Of a DNA stretch of 59,184 nt, positions 19,411 through 31,300 are shown piece by piece. Source of the DNA: a virus (taxonomy: Duplodnaviria > Caudoviricetes); the IMG/VR virus record IMGVR_UViG_3300025133_000115, positions 1 through 59,184 of that record; one strand, written 5' to 3'. Under the pieces are notes generated by a model. That model ran no database searches, was not told the DNA's origin, and was given only the letters and a program-made list of their open reading frames with translations. The translations under genes were made by a program, and so were the position numbers. Each line of letters opens with the position of its first letter. Position 1 is the stretch's first letter.

Positions 19411-20154
19411 ATGGCATACACTAAGTCACACTTTGTGAACAACGCCATAATCAGCGCGGCTGACGTAAAGGCCCCGCTGGATAACGCGAGGACTGCGATT
19501 AATGGTGGTGTGGCGTCTGTTGATTTGGCATCAGGGAAGTGGGTTGAAAAATCACAGGTCTATGGCCCGAGCTTCTTTTTAAGTCCAGACCCAAGATCTG
19601 ATTTCACATCGGCCCAAACCCATTGGAGGATGCACTCGTCAGATGCGCCAAGGTCTGCCTTTTTCAATAAAGAATCAGCAAAAGAAAAAACATTTGTCCC
19701 TGGCCTGACGGCTACCGTAAAAGTAGAATCCACAAGCGATATCTTCATTGTGTCGAGTTGGTTTGCCCGAGAGTTCGAGAACAAGAACAAGGAAACCACA
19801 CAGGGCGGTGGCACTCATGGGGATGCTGATTTTGAAAGCTTCCACGTCGCTTCATTCAATCTCACAAGCCATACGGAAACCACGACAATAGACCATGTCG
19901 GAACATATAGGCGCTTGTACGGGACCTTGTTGGACATGAAGCCTGGGCCTGCTGCCGACGATTATGGCGGCACCCTTGGTTGGCTGGTCGGGTCTGGCAA
20001 GCAGTACAGCATGGCGTATAGGTTTACAGATGTGTCGCCTGGTATTTACACATATGGAATCCGAATAGCGATTTCTGGCGCGAGTCCTGGCCAAGTGCGA
20101 AACGTTCAAGTTTCTAATCGCAGTTTTATTGTAGATATTCACCCTTCGAGTTGA
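19411..20154 (+). CDS. Tail/fibre-associated structural protein
   Basis: Third member of a trio with similar N-termini (INGG...D). Confidence 0.6.
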   Translation: MAYTKSHFVNNAIISAADVKAPLDNARTAINGGVASVDLASGKWVEKSQVYGPSFFLSPDPRSDFTSAQTHWRMHSSDAPRSAFFNKESAKEKTFVPGLTATVKVESTSDIFIVSSWFAREFENKNKETTQGGGTHGDADFESFHVASFNLTSHTETTTIDHVGTYRRLYGTLLDMKPGPAADDYGGTLGWLVGSGKQYSMAYRFTDVSPGIYTYGIRIAISGASPGQVRNVQVSNRSFIVDIHPSS

Positions 20155-20810
20155 TTATGGCATTTCGTGGCGGCAGGTCCGTAAAAGAAAGTACTCAGAT
20201 TGATTGGTCAGAGATTCCTGATGAAGCCATCGATGCTTCAAAGATTCGAGATCTTTCGAATGCGGTGATCTCGGCTACTGCATCGAGCGCGTCGGTTTCG
20301 GAAGCGTCTGTCTCAAAGGCGTTGCGCTACAAGATTCAAACGGCAAAAGACCTTGCAGAGCACGCCGCTAACGGGGTGGCTTTCAAATTCCAACAGCAGA
20401 TTGAAAACATCGAGGGCGCACTTGCGGTAAAGATTGAACGCGCCGCAGCACTTGCTTCAAATGCGATTCAGCCGGGTGTTCGCGCATTCTTGCATTCGTT
20501 GAAGACCAGCACGATAGAGTTTGGTACTACAACCATAAATGCTGATGTGGCCATCTCTTCTACTCAGGCTACCTTCTACAAGGTCATTACAAGCGGAGGG
20601 GATGTCACCGTCACCTTGCCATCTGCTGGTACTTGTCCAGGCTTGATGCTTGGCTTCAAAAAGGCAGTGCCTGCAAACAGCATGATCATTGATGGTTCTG
20701 GATCGCAAACAATCAACGGAAGCACGACAAAAACGTTCACCGCTCAACATGATGCGATAATGATAGTATCGGATGGAAGCCACTGGTTTATTCTTTCAAA
20801 CTATTCTTGA
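20151..20810 (+). CDS. Short tail fibre-like protein
   Basis: C-terminal VTVTLPSA...KK...IDG...ING...SDG..W knob motif. Confidence 0.75.
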   Translation: MIMAFRGGRSVKESTQIDWSEIPDEAIDASKIRDLSNAVISATASSASVSEASVSKALRYKIQTAKDLAEHAANGVAFKFQQQIENIEGALAVKIERAAALASNAIQPGVRAFLHSLKTSTIEFGTTTINADVAISSTQATFYKVITSGGDVTVTLPSAGTCPGLMLGFKKAVPANSMIIDGSGSQTINGSTTKTFTAQHDAIMIVSDGSHWFILSNYS

Positions 20811-20862
20811 TGAGACATTTAGGCTTTTGTCTTATAGAATCAGACCGTGAGACGGAGGGCCT

Positions 20863-21222
20863 ATGGCTTACACTTCAGACCAGAAAAAAGAAATCGCAGG
20901 CGATGCTGCTCTTCAGGCGGCAGAAACAGGCGCAAAGTACGCAGCACTGGGGACAGCGGTCGCCCCAGGTCTCGGCACTGCTATCGGCGGGATTTTGGGC
21001 CTAACTCTTGGTACGGTTCAAGGAGTTACGGAAGGCATGGCAAACGTTGCAGAAGAGGAAGCCGAAAAAGAAAGCATGGATGCGGCAGAAGACGCTGCGA
21101 AAATACAGGGTGCGGGAACGCCTTCTGATTCAAAAGTATTAGAGACAAGCATGCCTGTTCAAGGCGGCGGGGCATCAAGCTCAAGCTATTTCAACTGGCG
21201 ACAAAACACACACGGCTACTAA
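20863..21222 (+). CDS. Small ejection protein (T7 gp14-like position)
   Basis: GTAVAPGLGTAIGGILG glycine zipper followed by an acidic coil; GGAGG RBS. Confidence 0.7.
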   Translation: MAYTSDQKKEIAGDAALQAAETGAKYAALGTAVAPGLGTAIGGILGLTLGTVQGVTEGMANVAEEEAEKESMDAAEDAAKIQGAGTPSDSKVLETSMPVQGGGASSSSYFNWRQNTHGY

Positions 21223-21231
21223 GGGGAAGAG

Positions 21232-22761
21232 ATGGCTACTGACGGACTATTTCCATCGCATGGATTAAGAGAACCACATTACGATCCGATTGCTCCCATT
21301 GAATTTATAAAACAAGCACAATGGGCGGCCAAAGGGCTAGGTAATCTTTCTGAGGCAGAACAGAAAAGTGCTTTGGCTGCTGCCGAGTTGGATGATGAGT
21401 TTTCTATCGAAAATTTTGATTCATCACAAGAGCTAGTTAAACCTACGATTAAGCTTACGGGTGCTCGGGCCACTCTGACAGACCCCACCTTGGCGACTCG
21501 TCAAGAAGAAGAAGCAAGACGCCCTGATATTCAAGAACAAGGCAGACAGAAGCTACAACAAGCTAACGAGCAGCGCCGTCAACGTCTTGGTGGAAGAATG
21601 CCTATAGAACAGGCAGAAGCAGGCACAAGGGCAGATGAGGGCATTGCTGCCGTTGGTGATCCGATGACTGCTCCTGAGGAGCGTGGGCAGACACCTGAAG
21701 AGCGTGATGCGGAAGCAAGGTGGAAACAAACCGCCAAGTTCTTTCGTACGGCTTCCGGTGGAACTTTGTTGCAGGGAGGTCTTTGGGCGGGCGCTACGGC
21801 TTTCAGTCCAGCCTTTGGTGCGGCATTAGACGAGTGGAAAACCTACAAAGACAAAAACGAGGCAGGCGCGTTGGGTCGTGATCGGGAAGAAGCAGCAAAA
21901 GGCTTGGTGTACCCGGCACTGTTTCGCGACCATGCTACCGCAATGCGGAACATGACAACGGCACTGTCTGGTGCTGGAGCAATGTCTGCCGGTCAGGTCG
22001 GACAGATCATGCGTGCGGGAGCCACGTCGCTTATGGAATCCTCTGTAAAAGCCGCCCAATATGTTGCGAGCGAACGCGCAAAAGGAATCAAAGACGACAA
22101 GACGCTTGGAATGGAGGCTGCCCAGACCCTTAACAATGTCATGAAGGAAGGCGTTGGCTTTGTTGATAAGTTCCTTGGTGATGTTGCTGTACAACAAGGA
22201 AGGAAAGACGCGGGCGAGGCTGTAGAGCAGGTTGCTCCTTCGTTGAATAAGATTCAAGATCCAAAGATCAGGAATCAGGCCTGGATTGCGATTCAAGCCG
22301 CTGAAGAGCGCGGAGACAAGCAGGCTATTCTTGACATTATGGCCAGGGCTTTGTCCACTAATCCAGCCGGGGCAACCCCCTCTGTAACGGAGTCGGTCCC
22401 TGAGCAGGGGGCGGCTGCCTCGGCACCTCCTGCTGGGCAACAGCCTGTTGCTCCTTCCCCTGCCTTAGCGGAACATCAGGCAAAGCTGTCGGAGAAGGGA
22501 CGCTGGAATACGATCACCCCAGATATGACCATTGAGGTTGATGAGTTTGAAAGTATTGCTCCAGCAGAACGAGCCAATCTTCCTACAAACGTTCTTGCGA
22601 TTCCTGATGACAAATGGACCGCTAGTAGCGCAACTCCCGGTTGGTTCATTTTAGAGCTTACAAACCGAGCTACAGGGTTAGTTGATAGCTATGTAAAAAG
22701 TCCAGACGGCAGGATCTGGGGCGACGATCAGGTTGAAGACGTTGTAGAAGGAATGCTCTAA
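21232..22761 (+). CDS. Putative internal virion/ejection protein
   Basis: Ala/Gln-rich helical protein between the tail genes and the giant gene. Confidence 0.65.
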   Translation: MATDGLFPSHGLREPHYDPIAPIEFIKQAQWAAKGLGNLSEAEQKSALAAAELDDEFSIENFDSSQELVKPTIKLTGARATLTDPTLATRQEEEARRPDIQEQGRQKLQQANEQRRQRLGGRMPIEQAEAGTRADEGIAAVGDPMTAPEERGQTPEERDAEARWKQTAKFFRTASGGTLLQGGLWAGATAFSPAFGAALDEWKTYKDKNEAGALGRDREEAAKGLVYPALFRDHATAMRNMTTALSGAGAMSAGQVGQIMRAGATSLMESSVKAAQYVASERAKGIKDDKTLGMEAAQTLNNVMKEGVGFVDKFLGDVAVQQGRKDAGEAVEQVAPSLNKIQDPKIRNQAWIAIQAAEERGDKQAILDIMARALSTNPAGATPSVTESVPEQGAAASAPPAGQQPVAPSPALAEHQAKLSEKGRWNTITPDMTIEVDEFESIAPAERANLPTNVLAIPDDKWTASSATPGWFILELTNRATGLVDSYVKSPDGRIWGDDQVEDVVEGML

Positions 22762-22779
22762 GCAAAGAAGGATTTACAG

Positions 22780-25347
22780 ATGGGTAAATATCAATCAATG
22801 TTTGATCTAATCGACGCTCCTGACAAGACTGTCTTCGGGCAGTACTTCAAGACGTTCACTGGATATCGAGACAAGGTGCTCTGGAAAGAGATTGAGAATC
22901 AGTTCAGGCAGAGGAACTTTGACCAAAAAGAACTTTCACGTCTATACAGAGATCTTGTAAAACAAAAGAACGATCTTATTCGTGAGCAAAGCCTTTTGGT
23001 TGTTACCGGGCAGCGAAGTGAGGACAGTCGAAAGCGTGCGCTTGCGGCGAGTTCTCAAGGCGCTGTGTCTGCTGTCACTCGACACAATAACGAAATGGAG
23101 AGGATTAGGCTCGAAGCAACTTCTCGAATCCAAAAAGAGGAGAATGCTCGTTACACTAAAGCCACGGAAGATCACCAAAAGATTTTTAACAACAGCCAGA
23201 TTACGCGGGCTATTCAAGTATCGACCAATCAACTTGCAAGTCAGCGTAACTTTACTGAAAATACAGCAAGAAGTAATGCGCGTGTTTTCAAAGGAACGAT
23301 TGCAGCAGGCGCTCCACTAAACTCCGCAGAAGGCGCTGCGGCAATTGATCTTATGTACAGGGCGCTTGCCGGTAGCGAGGGTGGTGTTGAGTATGCTGAC
23401 ATGTGGTATCAGCAATTGCGAAAGCAAAACCCAGGCGAGATTGGTGGGATTCCCAATATTGATAAACTCAGGTACAAGCACTATCTAGATAGCAGTGCTG
23501 GTCCAGGCTTTCAAAAGCAAGACGATGAAACAGCCAGACGACTTCGAGGAATACAGAGTGGAAGCCCTTCAGCCATTATTGGATCGGGAGTGCCTCCAGA
23601 AAGGGAAGGCATAACAAAGATGCTTGCTGAGGGTTCAAAGGACCCCATTAGGAAGCAGTACGATAATCTACAAGATAGACTCAACGATCTTGATGCAGAA
23701 ATTAAAAAAGTAGAGGAAAAAAGAGAAGCCTTAGGCTCGACAGGAGGTCTGCTCAATTTAGGTAATGGCGATTTTGCCCAGAACTGGATTACAGATAACC
23801 CTTTCACAAGGGCTCCCGCATGGGTTGAGGCTTTTTCGAACACCGTCGCTGGTGCGATTGAAACACCAAGAGGCAAGCGCCAAGTCAACGAGATGTTTGA
23901 CATTCTGTCTGAGCATGAGAACCCATCTGAAGCTCTTGAGTGGTCCATTAACAATCAATGGCCACCCCCTCCTGGCATTACCGAAGATCTTGAGCCCGAC
24001 CGAGCAGAAGGCATTTTAGAAGAAAGCGCTATTGCAGAAGAAGCCGACCAACCAACAGCGCTTGTTGCTTATGGGGACACTGAGAGTGCTCGTGGTATTA
24101 GGGACTTTCTCGCAAAGTTTGAACAGGATGTGGATAGCGGCACCGGGCTTCCGTGGAATGAGCTTTCACAGAAGATCGATGAGCTAAAAGAAAGCGGCAA
24201 TGAGATTGGAGTTGGTATTGCAAACTCCATTGAGCGCTCGCTTATAAACCTTGATCAAACCGGCGACATGAATCGGTTTATGAATGACTTAAGTAACGTT
24301 AGTTCATCTCAGGCCGAAACTTTGGTAGAAGAACAAAGGGTTAGCCGTGAGCGCAAAGAGGTTGAACAGGCTGGCGAACAGGTTGAAATCCCAAGCTTCA
24401 TCAAGTCTAAGCTTGGCCTTCCTGGTGCTGGCAACAACCTTCAAGACACCGTTGAAGATCTTGACTCTCTTCTTAGAAGGTTCAATCTCTTGCAAGCAGA
24501 CCCTAACCAGAACAACCCTGGGAGAGAGGCTGCGATTGCACGACTTACCGACTTTAGATCAGAGTTTGAAGCAATGGGTAAGCTTAGGGACCCGCTGTTA
24601 GGTTGGCGCACCATGTCGTTTGATGAGCGTAAGGACTTTGCGGACAATCTCCTGTTTCTTACTCAGGTGAGACACGAGGATTCCCGCAGAAATATTTCTG
24701 AATTGAGAGAAGATATTGAGTTGTCGGTCGATTTGCCTGTAGAAAGGCGTGGCTTAGAGGATCGGCTAAGGGGTGCCGTTCTTGAGGAAGATCAGCTTGT
24801 TCGTGAGCTTTCGGAAGCACGAGATGCGGTTGAGGTCCTTGGCGGTATTGCAGAGTCATTCGCCCAAGTTGGACAGCGACCGATTCCAGGTGGCGGCGAT
24901 GTTGCTGATTTGGCTGAAGAAAGGCGAGTAGAAGTCGAGAAAGCCGTAGAGCCGGTACAGCCGGTAGAGCCGCCCCCCAGTGTTGTTAATGACATTTTCG
25001 ACGCTTATGTAACGTCTGGTACGATCCCAGAAGGATATCATGAAACTTCTGCTGGAATTTTATGGTCCTCGATTGAACTTCAACAAAAAAATATAGCTGA
25101 TTTACAGAAAAAATTGGATGAAGGGACTGGTGATCCTCAGGCACTGGAGTCGGCTAAAAAAACTTTACAAAATATGGAAGGTTTATACAGAACAGAAAGC
25201 GCACGGGTAGAAGCTACGTCAGGAATCGGCCCTGCTGATTTATCGTTTTTCCTCGAACAAAAGCCAATAACGAATCCAGAACTTCTAAGGGATAAGCCTT
25301 TGGTGCGGCCCTTTAGCGATGACGATCTGTTATTAAACAGTATGTAA
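22780..25347 (+). CDS. Putative internal virion/ejection protein
   Basis: 855-aa coiled-coil-rich protein; ends FSDDDLLLNSM. Confidence 0.7.
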   Translation: MGKYQSMFDLIDAPDKTVFGQYFKTFTGYRDKVLWKEIENQFRQRNFDQKELSRLYRDLVKQKNDLIREQSLLVVTGQRSEDSRKRALAASSQGAVSAVTRHNNEMERIRLEATSRIQKEENARYTKATEDHQKIFNNSQITRAIQVSTNQLASQRNFTENTARSNARVFKGTIAAGAPLNSAEGAAAIDLMYRALAGSEGGVEYADMWYQQLRKQNPGEIGGIPNIDKLRYKHYLDSSAGPGFQKQDDETARRLRGIQSGSPSAIIGSGVPPEREGITKMLAEGSKDPIRKQYDNLQDRLNDLDAEIKKVEEKREALGSTGGLLNLGNGDFAQNWITDNPFTRAPAWVEAFSNTVAGAIETPRGKRQVNEMFDILSEHENPSEALEWSINNQWPPPPGITEDLEPDRAEGILEESAIAEEADQPTALVAYGDTESARGIRDFLAKFEQDVDSGTGLPWNELSQKIDELKESGNEIGVGIANSIERSLINLDQTGDMNRFMNDLSNVSSSQAETLVEEQRVSRERKEVEQAGEQVEIPSFIKSKLGLPGAGNNLQDTVEDLDSLLRRFNLLQADPNQNNPGREAAIARLTDFRSEFEAMGKLRDPLLGWRTMSFDERKDFADNLLFLTQVRHEDSRRNISELREDIELSVDLPVERRGLEDRLRGAVLEEDQLVRELSEARDAVEVLGGIAESFAQVGQRPIPGGGDVADLAEERRVEVEKAVEPVQPVEPPPSVVNDIFDAYVTSGTIPEGYHETSAGILWSSIELQQKNIADLQKKLDEGTGDPQALESAKKTLQNMEGLYRTESARVEATSGIGPADLSFFLEQKPITNPELLRDKPLVRPFSDDDLLLNSM

Positions 25348-25356
25348 GGATATAAA

Positions 25357-28300
25357 ATGGCTGATCCTAATGGACCCACCGAAGAAGACAGGGCGTATGA
25401 AGATGCCCTTATACAAGCGATAAAAGACGCCAATGCCGCTGACAATGAAGAGCCTCTTAAGCGTAACGCTGGAGTATCCTCTGAGGTTGACGATTTTACC
25501 TTGGAGTTGACGGGGGCTATTGAGGAAGACCGGCGGGAGCAAAAGAAGGCCGAGCAAAAGGAAGAGCGTGAATTCAACAGCGTATTCCAACGCGAGATCG
25601 ATAATGGCACCCTGGAGTTGGAAGAACTACAGTCTGAAAATCTGTTCAATGCAGAAATCTTGCTTGAAGATCAAGGGATGAGCAGGGAGGAAATCCGAGA
25701 GAAAATCTTGGATATGATTAATGCCCAGAGCGTTCTTGGCCCTGATTTAGTCGCTGAAACAACGATTGGGGCATACGAGGCAGAGGGCAAGCCTCACGAC
25801 AATATAAATCACCAAGTCATTCGAGTCCTCAATCGAGGTTTAGTTAAAATTCCAATGCCTGGAACCCTGCCTCCTGATTCCCAGGAGATGCGTACAGCAG
25901 CCGACAGGGCAACTGCTATCCGAGCAGATATCCAATCTCAGATTGAGGACATGGGCCGGTGGAATGCCTTCCTAAACAACATGGGAAAATCAGAGGCTTT
26001 TAACGAAACAGATCTTATTGAAGTACGAAAAGAGCTTTGGTCGAATGTTCGTCGGGGGAGTGGGCAGCTTATTCGAGACGAGGCGTATCAGTCAGTGGAA
26101 TCATTAGACAGGCAAGTCAAAAGAATCCCGCTTGTGGGTGACGTGTATGGCGGCCTGACAGGTATCGTTACATCACTTATCGGCACAAAAGGTGCGCCTA
26201 GTAATCTTGATAAGTGGGAGTGGGACACATTCGCTCAGACACAACAATCTTGGATGCCTCCAGGGATTCATTTGTTCCTGTACAAAGGCAGCCCTCATGC
26301 AAACGAAGAGGAGCTTGGGGAAGAGTGGTGGATCAGAGAGTATGACGAGAATTCGTATAATTTTAAAAGACACGGAACAAAAAAACAGCCCAAAACAGGA
26401 GACCTTACTGACGGTGAAGTAGCCCAGATGAGAAGGCTGTCGCGCATGTTGGATGATATGTTGGCCGACGATTGGAATCCGAACGTTGCTCAATGGCATG
26501 GTTGGAAAAACGAAGGCCACAGAGCGTTGGCCTATGTTGAAGCTTACGAGGGGGCAAGAACAGCTTGGGCCGATGGTAAATACCAGTGGCTTCAGGATTA
26601 CATCGAGGGTGAAAGGGTAGAGGACAACGTACAACTAGCCAAGCGTTTGGTTCATAAGGTTGAATACGACACGAGGGATTATTCGCCTAATTATATGTGG
26701 GTAGGCTCGAAGAGTTTTCCAGGCATTCGGATGCCGAAGGATAGCCAGACACATGGTGTGTATAAAGCCCTGGTTAGAATGTTGCGCCACAAAGATCCGC
26801 TTCAATTCTCAGATGATGACCTTGTAATCGCATTGCAGAATCTTCATGCTGACATGCTTCCAGATCATTCTCTTCGTGATGTATACGTCCGTTACATGGG
26901 TGGTGACGCTACATGGGGCGCAACAATGTCCCATTATGCTGATAGCGACATCATGCGGGGGCTTTCTAAGTTTGAGCCGTTTAGTAGTACCGCTGAAGCT
27001 GTTTTAGACAGAGGCCATTTCTCTGATAATCCTCGTGGAGTTCGAGCATCGGATTGGGGTTATGGTGCTTTTAAAGGACTTACTTCTCCCATTGTTCAAA
27101 CTCAAAGGCTTGGCTCTACAATTGCCACCCCTTTCTATGAAGAGTTGGACAACATACTTTTTGATATTCTTCCTGATCAGGGAATCGAAGACGCAAGGGG
27201 TACTGATTCGATCAAAGCTCTGTGGTCTGTAGTAAGTACAAATGTTGGCCCCTCTGGTTTTAGAACTGAAGAGGAGAAAGAAGAGTATTTGAGAAAAGCT
27301 TGGCTCAACTTCAGCAGGGATGACCTCCATTTTAGATGGATGCACATGTATGAGTTCACCACTGACGATTTGATAGCTGGGCTGTCTGTTCCTCAGGCTC
27401 AGTGGACACCGGAATGGAAATCTGTCGTTAGTAGCCTGACCGCCGTAGCACGCCAAAATGACCCAAAATTAGTAGTGGTTGAACCAAAGATAGGAAGGAT
27501 TCTTATCGATCACATTAAGTACGCACAAAGGCAGGGAGATCGCGATGCTGTTTTCGATCAAGACAACGATTGGCTAAAAGATTTGTTCTATGTTTTGAAT
27601 AGAACACCTATTGGTCAATTGCCAGAACCTCTTTTTGAGAAAGTTGACAGGACAAACGAAAAGATCACCACGGCTGTTAATGCTTGGCGAGGGGCACACA
27701 AAAGGATTTTCGGTGGCGGTAGGTCCGCTGCACTAGGTCTAACAGAAAGTGCTTTTCAGGATAAAAGATTTGATGTAGATGAAAATGGGGTTCCATCCTT
27801 TTGGCATCAGGAATCTACGCTTGCCTATAATTTAAGAATATTTGGCGGCATTGCTGAGCTTGGGACTACAACCATTGCTAGATACGGTCTGGACCCTCTT
27901 GGTGAGGTCTTGACGTTAGGCAGCTACGATAGAGAGGAAAGGGGTGATTCTTTTCTTGCAGAGGTTCTGTACAATTTGCACCCAGAATCAGAAAGTTGGG
28001 GCATGCAGGGGGCAATGTCTGGGTGGGCTGTAGGCATGGGCGCAGACCCCAATGGTAAGATTGTTCGTTCAATGCGTGGCGCTGGGTTTGCTGCTGACAT
28101 TTTTGTTCCGTGGGAAACGGGCATATTCAAAGGTGCCAAGACGATTGTCGCGTCTCCGTTTAGATATGCAGGCGCTTCAAAGCGGTTACCGGGGGCTAGT
28201 AGAGGTGCAAGAGCCCTCTATGCCTTGTCGCCCAAATGGGCATGGGATTCCATTGCTCCAACGGTGACCCCTGCTCAGAGGCAGGCAAGAGCCTTAGAAA

Positions 28301-31300
28301 TATTCGATGCCAATGCAAATGCGTTGCTTGCCAAGAAAATGGACGCCAGGAGAAAGAAAGTTGGCGGCCCTTCTGAAGTGATAACTCTCGACGATTTGTC
28401 TGACGCAGAAGTCAACAGTCTTTGGAAGCGCACCAGGAAAAGCCTTGAGGCGGAATTTAGGCAGTCAACAGCCTATAAAACTAGGATGTCGCATGGCGAT
28501 GTTCGTAGAGCACGGGGTCTTGAGGGTGATGAAGGTAGCTTCCGGTTTGGAAGACCCAAGGATGTAAAAGCGCCATTCCCTGGAGTAGGAGCAACCTGGG
28601 GCGAAATGGCACTCAGGATTTATGAAGACAACATTGCTAAAGGCAGGAACCCTTTTCAAGGTCTTCCTCGGGCTCACTGGACAGAGATTTATGATGCGCT
28701 TGAGGTTGTCGGGCTGTCTGTTCGTGAGGTTCGTAGCATCATCCATGCAACAGCAGAAGCGCGTGGACGTAAGTTTGTTTCAAGGCTCGGATTAGAAGCC
28801 AGTCGATATTATGAAGGGGTTGAGGAACTTCAACAATCCGAAGTCTTTAGACGAATGAAGAAACGTCTGGAAGAAATGGCGGAAAAAGGTGAACTCCAAG
28901 GTGTTGACGATGGCCTTGATGCGATCAAAGTACAGATGAAGCTTGTTGAAAGAGTGTACTTTGCAGCGCTACGAAAAACTGGAAGCGCAGAAGACGCGCT
29001 TGAAATTGTTGCTGGCTTTGAGGCAAAGCTATTCGGAATCGAACGGGGAGGGGGACTCAAGGGCTATGCAGTAGAAGACTTGTTATTAAAGTCTTTCGGA
29101 CTAAAGCTTGATGATGCTGGCAAAGCAATCTTTAGTGATATTGACATCGCTGATGACTTGATAGATGAGCTAAAGCTATCAGATAAAGACGGTTGGAATA
29201 GCGCACGGCTCAGGTCTGTCTCTTCTGTTGATTTAGAAGGAAAGCTTCTTGAGGAGCTAACAGCAGGTGAGCTTGTGGTGCTTGCTGCCAAGCTTGCCGA
29301 CCCGGAGCTTGCACACCAAGCAGTAGTTACTGTGCTTCTTCGGCGGCTAATGAAGGCGATTGCAGACAATGACGACGCAGCCGTCAGCGAGATTCGTGCA
29401 GCGCTAAGCAAGTACACCAACATGGTAAAGGGCGAGACTGGTTTTAGTAAGAGGATCAAGTCCCTGCGTGACAGCATCGCTGAGGCACAGGCTGAAATAA
29501 AACGGACTGTAAAGTCAACATCTGCTGAAGTAACTCCCGGCTTTGGTAAGCAAGCACTTCTAAGCAAGCTTGATGATCTAAAGGAAAGGGGTCTTCCAGA
29601 CGATGTGTACGTCTTCTTGTATTCGATGGTTCACGCGATGCCTTCTCGTGTTCTTAGAGACATCGGGCTTGAAGACTGGATTGACACCGCTGTTGGAAAG
29701 TTTGCAGATGATCTGGAAGATCCGGTTCTGAACGAACTTCGTCGTCTTGATGAAGAGTTAGGCAGAGCCCCTCTCGACAGTGCAGGGACTACCTCTGTTG
29801 TAAAACTTGAGGGCACCGCTAAGAAGTTTCCCGGTGATCGTGTGTATTCGTTTATCGAGCTTTTTGATATGCAAGGAGATGTTGCGGGAACAATGGACCC
29901 AATGCGTATTCTTGAGAACGAAAAGCTTGGAAAGCTTACGTTTGAAGAGCTTTTAACAAAATTAGATGGCGGCGATATATCGGATCTGGAGGGAGCAACA
30001 TTAACCCAGATTATTCGTAAGATCGCGCACAGCAGACTTGAGGATGGCCTAAACCTAAGAGAGAAAAGGTTTATTGATTCTTTAGTCGCAAACAGAGATG
30101 CTTTGCTTGGCAGCAGAAACATTGACCCAAGCATCAAGGATTTCATTAGCGACTTTATAGATCATGCAGATGAAGGAAAGATCTCCTTAGCGCAAGTAGA
30201 AGACTTTCTTACCAATCGAGTAGACACTCATGTTGAGGGGCTTCAGTCTCTTGACCATATGACTTATACGTTTGCCCATGAAATGGGACATGCGGTCATG
30301 ATGTCGTTTCTTTCGGATAGTGAGGTAGCGAATCTTAGACGTGTATATTTCGATGAACTTAAGCGTACTGGGTTGGTGGATGAAACCCCCTATACAAGAT
30401 GGAATCTTGAAAACCAAGGGAAAAACATTGGCTTCTTAGAGTGGTACGCTGAGAAGTTTGCTGAATACGTTGTCTACAACAAGATGCCAGAGGTGATCAG
30501 CAGAAGCGATTTTGCTCCTTCTGTAAGGAAAATTTTCAACCGGCTTATTGTTCGTCTGAAAAAACTTTTTAGGGCAATGAGCCGAAAAAACCCTCGTTCT
30601 TTTGAAGAATTTCATCCGATGTTTCTTAGTCATATGAAGCGTCTTTTTGATGGTAAAGCATCTGAAATTTCAGATGCTTCTGAGATTAACAGAAGAAGAC
30701 TTCAAGGGTGGAAAGCGTTTGACGTTGGTGTAGACCATTTAGATAATATTGGAAGACCGATTGACGATGTCATTGACGAACTTCGTCGTCTTGATGAAGA
30801 GTTAGTTGGAAAGTTTGCAGATGATCTGGAAGATCCGGTTCTGATTGAAGATGTTCCCTTTGGGGAAAGAGAAGCAGCGGCCAGCTTTGTTGGGATTCGT
30901 GAACGTCAGGTCGCCGCGCTTCCAGAGATTAAAAAAACGAAATATCGGCCCGATGCTAGCGCTGAAATAATCGAGCGTCACGCCAGGTTGGCAGCAAGAG
31001 AGGACTACGTTCTTGGCGAGAAGTCTACGCACGCTACCTTTTCTCCATTCAAAGAGACTTGGGATCTAAATCGTGGCTACGAGTCTATTGACGGTGGTAG
31101 TTTTAAATTTAGTAAAACCTCAGAGGGTAGGGGCTCTGATTGGCAGTCAATATACACCGATGAGTTTATGAACTTGGTTCGCGGGTACGAAGCGAAGCGT
31201 GCTGAGTTTGATGAGCCTGATTTCAATGTTGGTGATCGAGTCAACTATGTTGAGACGGGACTTCGTGATGGAGAATCAGTAGAAACCATTGTTGATGGGT

